DNA from: Pyrobaculum sp.
GTDB taxonomy: Archaea; Thermoproteota; Thermoprotei; Thermoproteales; Thermoproteaceae
Direction: 5' to 3'
Length of the DNA: 30,340 nucleotides
NCBI GenBank assembly: GCA_046293555.1
Contig: JBKBOT010000001.1
Coordinates: 13,746 to 44,085, forward strand
Shown here piece by piece: positions 26,511-30,340 of this stretch; positions within the stretch are counted from its first letter, which is position 1, and each line of letters begins with the position of its first letter. The notes below the pieces were generated by a model. It was not told where the DNA came from, ran no database searches, and saw only the letters and a program-made list of their open reading frames with translations. The translations under genes and the position numbers were made by a program.

Positions 26511-27425
26511 GCTTGAAGTATGCAGAGCTGGCGAAGTTATAGCTTCATATAGCTTTTTGAAGATGGGCGATCTTGGCGGTAGTTCTGACTTTTGTACCAC
26601 CCAGGCGTTAACAAGGGCCCTATATTCAAAGCTGGCCAGCCGCTCGGAGAAGCCGTCCGAGAGGGGGAACCCCGTCTCTCTTAGGAAGTGATGTAGCTCT
26701 TCGAGCTCGCCGTCTTTGGGTTTGGCTTTGCCGAATTTTACGTCTCTCTTGGTGACGTGTCTCTCTCCGCCGCCTGGCAGGAGGACTTTGCCGTATGCCG
26801 CCTTGAGGCGCCAGGTGGCCGTGTCGGTGCTGTCTACCCCCACTGCCTTAAGTATCGGCGTGACGGCGGGGCTGCCGAGGCCGAGGACATGTAGTCTGCC
26901 TCCATATAGCTGTCTAACTTCTGCAATGAGGGAGAGGGCGTAGTGGCGGGAGTTCTTTGGGGCGCCTCTTGTGGTTAGTACATATGGCACAGCCCCCCCA
27001 ATTGCCAACAACGGTGCGTCTAGATACCTCTCTAGGTACTTAAAGAAGTGGGTGGCTTCTTTATATACATGTAGGATGGGCACCACCTCTAGCCTTTTCG
27101 ACATCTTCAGCCAGTTTCTATACGTCTTTTCGAACTTCTTTTTGGCTACCTCCGGCGGGTCTTGGGGGGTGGGCGGCACGTCGAGGGAGAAGTAGAGCTG
27201 GGCGTCTACCCCCTCATATATCTTAATTATGTCGTGAACGTCGATGGAGATACCCTTCTTTAGGATCTGGTAGCCGCCTGAATCCAGCCAGAGCTCCCCC
27301 TCGTATTGCAACACGGCTCTGGGGTCTCTCTTTACCTCCAGGGCGTTTATGAGTAGGGCTTGCACCTTGAAGTACAGCCAGGGTTTTGGCGTGGCGTTTA
27401 GCGGTGTGCCTAGTGTTATTAACAC
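26505..27425 (-). CDS. tRNA-guanine transglycosylase-like (TGT/DpdA superfamily) protein lacking the Zn site
   Basis: LDSGGYQ, SLDVPP, VPILH, AIGG, HVLGLG and VDSTDTATW; contains no Cys. Confidence 0.8.
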   Translation of the reverse strand: MLITLGTPLNATPKPWLYFKVQALLINALEVKRDPRAVLQYEGELWLDSGGYQILKKGISIDVHDIIKIYEGVDAQLYFSLDVPPTPQDPPEVAKKKFEKTYRNWLKMSKRLEVVPILHVYKEATHFFKYLERYLDAPLLAIGGAVPYVLTTRGAPKNSRHYALSLIAEVRQLYGGRLHVLGLGSPAVTPILKAVGVDSTDTATWRLKAAYGKVLLPGGGERHVTKRDVKFGKAKPKDGELEELHHFLRETGFPLSDGFSERLASFEYRALVNAWVVQKSELPPRSPIFKKLYEAITSPALHTSSL

Positions 27426-27506
27426 GTTTTTTTATCTACTGTGGTTAAAAACAGGCCCTGGGGGTTAGCTAAAACTTTTTGTAAACCGCCTGGGGTAATA
27501 TTGTAA

Positions 27507-27560
27507 TATCAGCTAGGGCTAAGCGCTTTCACCTCTCAACCTCTGCCGAAGTCATCACAT
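27507..27560 (-). ncRNA. Box C/D methylation guide sRNA
   Basis: Minus strand: GTGATGA(C)-CTTCGGCAGAGG-TTGA(D')-GAG-GTGAAA(degenerate C')-GCGCTTAGCCCTAG-CTGA(D). Confidence 0.8.
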
Positions 27561-27584
27561 TTTAAATAACACCTTAAGACATAT

Positions 27585-28058
27585 ATGTATCTTGTCATCA
27601 TAAAAAGCCAGAAGGAGATATACAAAAGGCTGGGGCGGCGGATAGAGGCTTTAGAGCTACTGCCGGGGGTATACCTCACTTGGTCTCCAAGAGAGAAGAT
27701 AGAGAAGGCTGTGGAGACCACAAAGAGAGAGCTGACTAGAGAATGGGAGGAAAAGGGGGAGGGGCCCTTTTTCGACACCGCCATAATAGAGCTGACAGAA
27801 GGCCAGACAAAATCTCTAAAAACTCTCTCGAGGGCAGTAATTGAAAGCCTCGCAGAGGCTATGCTTGTAGAGATGGAGAGACTCCACACAAGGCTTAGGT
27901 CTAGAGACAAGAAGGCAGTTGGGTGGTATAGAGACTTGGCTAGACGCTACAAGAAGCTTATAGACACCTCTTTTGTTCTCGACATATACCCCTCGATATT
28001 AGACAAGCTTAAAGAGAAGTGGATGGAGATCTCTCTAGAGGCAGGCAGGTTGAGATAA
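27585..28058 (+). CDS. Hypothetical protein (157 aa)
   Basis: ATG with TTTAAATA about 25 nt upstream; TAATG coupling to the amidohydrolase. Confidence 0.7.
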   Translation: MYLVIIKSQKEIYKRLGRRIEALELLPGVYLTWSPREKIEKAVETTKRELTREWEEKGEGPFFDTAIIELTEGQTKSLKTLSRAVIESLAEAMLVEMERLHTRLRSRDKKAVGWYRDLARRYKKLIDTSFVLDIYPSILDKLKEKWMEISLEAGRLR

Positions 28059-29113
28059 TGGCTGCCATAAAGGCGCGGTACGTCTTAGCCGGCGAGCTGG
28101 AGGCAATAGAAAACGGTGTTGTGGAGATAGACGACGCTGGGGTTGTGGCCGGCGTGGGGAAATATACAGGCGGCGTCGTGGCGGATTTAGGCAACGTTAT
28201 CTTAATGCCGCAGCTGGCAAACAGCCACGTACATGTGCTAGACGCCGCCATTTTGGACAGAGACGACATGTATATCGACGACCTTGTGGGGTGGCCATAT
28301 GGCGTGAAGTATCTAGCCGCCAAAAGGCTTGTGGAGAGGGGGAGACATATGCCGCTCTTGAGAAAGGTGGCAGAGAGGATGCGGAAATACGGCACTGGAT
28401 GCGCCTTAGTGTATGTAGAATACGGCGCGAGAGATGTGGAGGCGGTCTTTAGGCAACACGACATAGAGGTTGTGACGTTTCAAGAGGCACATGGCGATTT
28501 TCCCACACATCCCTACGTACAAGTGGCCTCGCCGTTGGACCACCCCGTGGAGTATCTAAAAGAGCTCAGGAGGCGCTATGTGAAGATCTCTACGCACGTC
28601 TCCGAGACGGAAGACTGCCACGAGGGGGGAGACTTAGAGCTAGCCCTCAAGGCCCTAGACGCAGACGTGTTGGTACATTTGGTACACATAACGCCAGAAG
28701 AGGCCTCCGCCATACCTGAGGAAAAGGCAGTGGTGGTGAACCCCCGGGCGAATGCGTATTTTGTAGGCAGGGTGGCGCCAGTGCCGCTTCTACTTAGCCA
28801 TAAGCCGTTATTAGGTACAGACAACGTCTTTATGAACGAGCCAGATCTGTGGGCAGAGATGAAGTTTCTCCACGCCTACTCAGCCGCCGTTGGGTGGAAG
28901 CTCGACGAGAGGGACATCTTGGCGATGGCCACAGTGTGGAATTGGGAAAAGGTGGGATGTTTACCCCCAATAGACGTCGGCTTGCCCCTACGGGCCATGG
29001 CCCTCTCTGCGCCCTATGTTGGCGACAAGATATATAAATATCTAGTGAAGAGGGCTACAGCTAACGACATTCACGCCTTTATTGAGAGAGGCCAGGTGGT
29101 AAAAATTTATTAG
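28058..29113 (+). CDS. Metal-dependent amidohydrolase (nucleoside/nucleobase deaminase-like)
   Basis: NSHVH (HxH), HVSET, HLVH and LGTD motifs. Start at ATG 28058. Confidence 0.85.
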   Translation: MAAIKARYVLAGELEAIENGVVEIDDAGVVAGVGKYTGGVVADLGNVILMPQLANSHVHVLDAAILDRDDMYIDDLVGWPYGVKYLAAKRLVERGRHMPLLRKVAERMRKYGTGCALVYVEYGARDVEAVFRQHDIEVVTFQEAHGDFPTHPYVQVASPLDHPVEYLKELRRRYVKISTHVSETEDCHEGGDLELALKALDADVLVHLVHITPEEASAIPEEKAVVVNPRANAYFVGRVAPVPLLLSHKPLLGTDNVFMNEPDLWAEMKFLHAYSAAVGWKLDERDILAMATVWNWEKVGCLPPIDVGLPLRAMALSAPYVGDKIYKYLVKRATANDIHAFIERGQVVKIY

Positions 29114-29132
29114 CTTATATCCAACTACCGTA

Positions 29133-30011
29133 GTGATTATTTGTGAAAATTTGGGTAGACGATACGGGGCCACCTGGGCCTTGAGAGAACTCACGTTTGA
29201 GGTTGGGAGAGGACAAGTGCTAGGCGTATTGGGCCCCAACGGCGCGGGTAAAACCACGTTGGTACGTATCTTAGCCACAGAGCTCATGCCCTCTGAAGGC
29301 AAGGCGTGGGTGGCGGGATACGACGTGGTGACAGAAGCGTGGAAGGTGAAGAAAGTCATAGCGGCGGTTCCCCAGGAGAGTAGGCCTATAGACTTCTTAA
29401 CGCCACAGGAGTTTATATTAAGCTACCTCCTCCTCAGAGGTTATTCCATCAGGGACGCCAGAAGGAGGACAGAAGAGGCGTTGAAAAAATTCGGGCTGTG
29501 GGAACTCCGCAATAGGGAGATAGACACGCTGTCTGGCGGCATGAAGAGAAGGGTGCTGGTGGCGTCTGTATTTGCCACAGATGTAGACGTGATCTTTCTC
29601 GACGAGCCCACCACGGGGCTAGATGTATACTCAAGGAGACTTGTCTGGAACACAGTGGCTGAGCTCAAAAAGAGGGGGGTCACTGTGGTTTTGACCACAC
29701 ATTATATAGAGGAGGCGGCTGCCCTCAGCGACGTGGTGTTAGTATTAAACAGGGGGAGGGCGGTGGACCTGGCGCCGCCCGACAAGCTAGTAGAAAAAGT
29801 GCCTGGAAGATATGCCGTAGAGATTTACGGCACAGACGGCGTGATTTTAGACAGCAAGGCGGCTGTATCTATCGGCGAGAGGAGGCTTTACTACACAGAG
29901 ATACTGCCCGTCTTTACAGACCTGCCGCCAGGCGTCAAGGTGGTAGTTAGGCCCAAGTCTCTAGAAGACTACGTCTTGTTAAAAGGGGTGGTGGGAGATG
30001 AAGACAGTTAG
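29133..30011 (+). CDS. ABC-2 type exporter ATP-binding protein (DrrA-like)
   Basis: GPNGAGKTT, LSGGMKRR, FLDEPTTGLD and TTHYIEEA. Confidence 0.92.
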   Translation: MIICENLGRRYGATWALRELTFEVGRGQVLGVLGPNGAGKTTLVRILATELMPSEGKAWVAGYDVVTEAWKVKKVIAAVPQESRPIDFLTPQEFILSYLLLRGYSIRDARRRTEEALKKFGLWELRNREIDTLSGGMKRRVLVASVFATDVDVIFLDEPTTGLDVYSRRLVWNTVAELKKRGVTVVLTTHYIEEAAALSDVVLVLNRGRAVDLAPPDKLVEKVPGRYAVEIYGTDGVILDSKAAVSIGERRLYYTEILPVFTDLPPGVKVVVRPKSLEDYVLLKGVVGDEDS

Positions 30012-30340
30012 AGACGCGCTAGTGATCGCGTGGATAAACGGCTGGGTTGCAGTAATTAGGGGGTGGGTGTGGGTAGTGGCCTCTTCCGTAAGCCCCATCT
30101 CTTTCCTAGTCATATTGGCCATCTATGGGGGCGAGCAAGGCCTCAGGTGGGGCCTTGTCGGAGGCTTTATTTGGACAATGGCGTCTAACGGCATCTTTCT
30201 GATAGGAGACGCCGTGTATTACAGAGTGGGGATTAAATATCAGAGCATGTTGACAGCTGCGCCAGTCTCCCCACTGGCCTACGCCCTGGGTCTAGCCCTA
30301 AGCTCTTTTATCTTCGCAATGCCGACATTGGCAGTATATT
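29998..30340 (+). CDS. ABC-2 type permease, truncated by the window end
   Basis: ATG 29998 (MKTVRDALVIAWINGWVAVIRGWVWVVASSVSPISFLVILAIYG...), hydrophobic and open to the window edge; not in the ORF track. Confidence 0.8.
   Translation, partial: MKTVRDALVIAWINGWVAVIRGWVWVVASSVSPISFLVILAIYGGEQGLRWGLVGGFIWTMASNGIFLIGDAVYYRVGIKYQSMLTAAPVSPLAYALGLALSSFIFAMPTLAVY

Noticed and set aside
25512-26516. CRISPR mini-array or provirus interpretation of the duplicated segment
   Set aside because: The flanking repeats are only 8 bp and there are no cas, integrase or viral genes; retained only as an unexplained duplication.
1295-29698. Numerous 60-200 aa antisense or alternate-frame ORFs nested in well-supported genes (e.g. 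4836-5441, 15865-16257, 22969-23472)
   Set aside because: Shadow ORFs that overlap confidently identified genes and show no motifs.

Overview
Gene-dense archaeal chromosomal window. Gene content, apparently leaderless genes behind TATA boxes, convergent 3' overlaps and tRNAs with non-canonical BHB introns point to Thermoproteales, most likely Pyrobaculum (inference). It is mostly housekeeping: Mn-catalase, two PurP-like ATP-grasp paralogues, hemA, FAU-1, thrB, a GT2, a surface metallophosphoesterase plus ABC uptake cluster, aIF2-gamma, two Nudix hydrolases, Taw1, TrpB2, a METTL5-like methyltransferase, an SPFH protein, signal peptidase I, Trm112, a TGT-like protein, an amidohydrolase and an ABC-2 exporter. 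Features the ORF track misses or obscures: intron-containing tRNA-Pro(CGG) and tRNA-His(GTG, two introns), two box C/D guide sRNAs, a frameshifted aldo-keto reductase, a ~143-nt multi-helix RNA of unknown class upstream of thrB, and an exact 75-bp copy of trm112 coding sequence that sits between 8-bp direct repeats at the 3' end of a zinc-less TGT/DpdA-like gene. No CRISPR array, rRNA, integrase or transposase was seen. All calls are by eye; no database searches were run.
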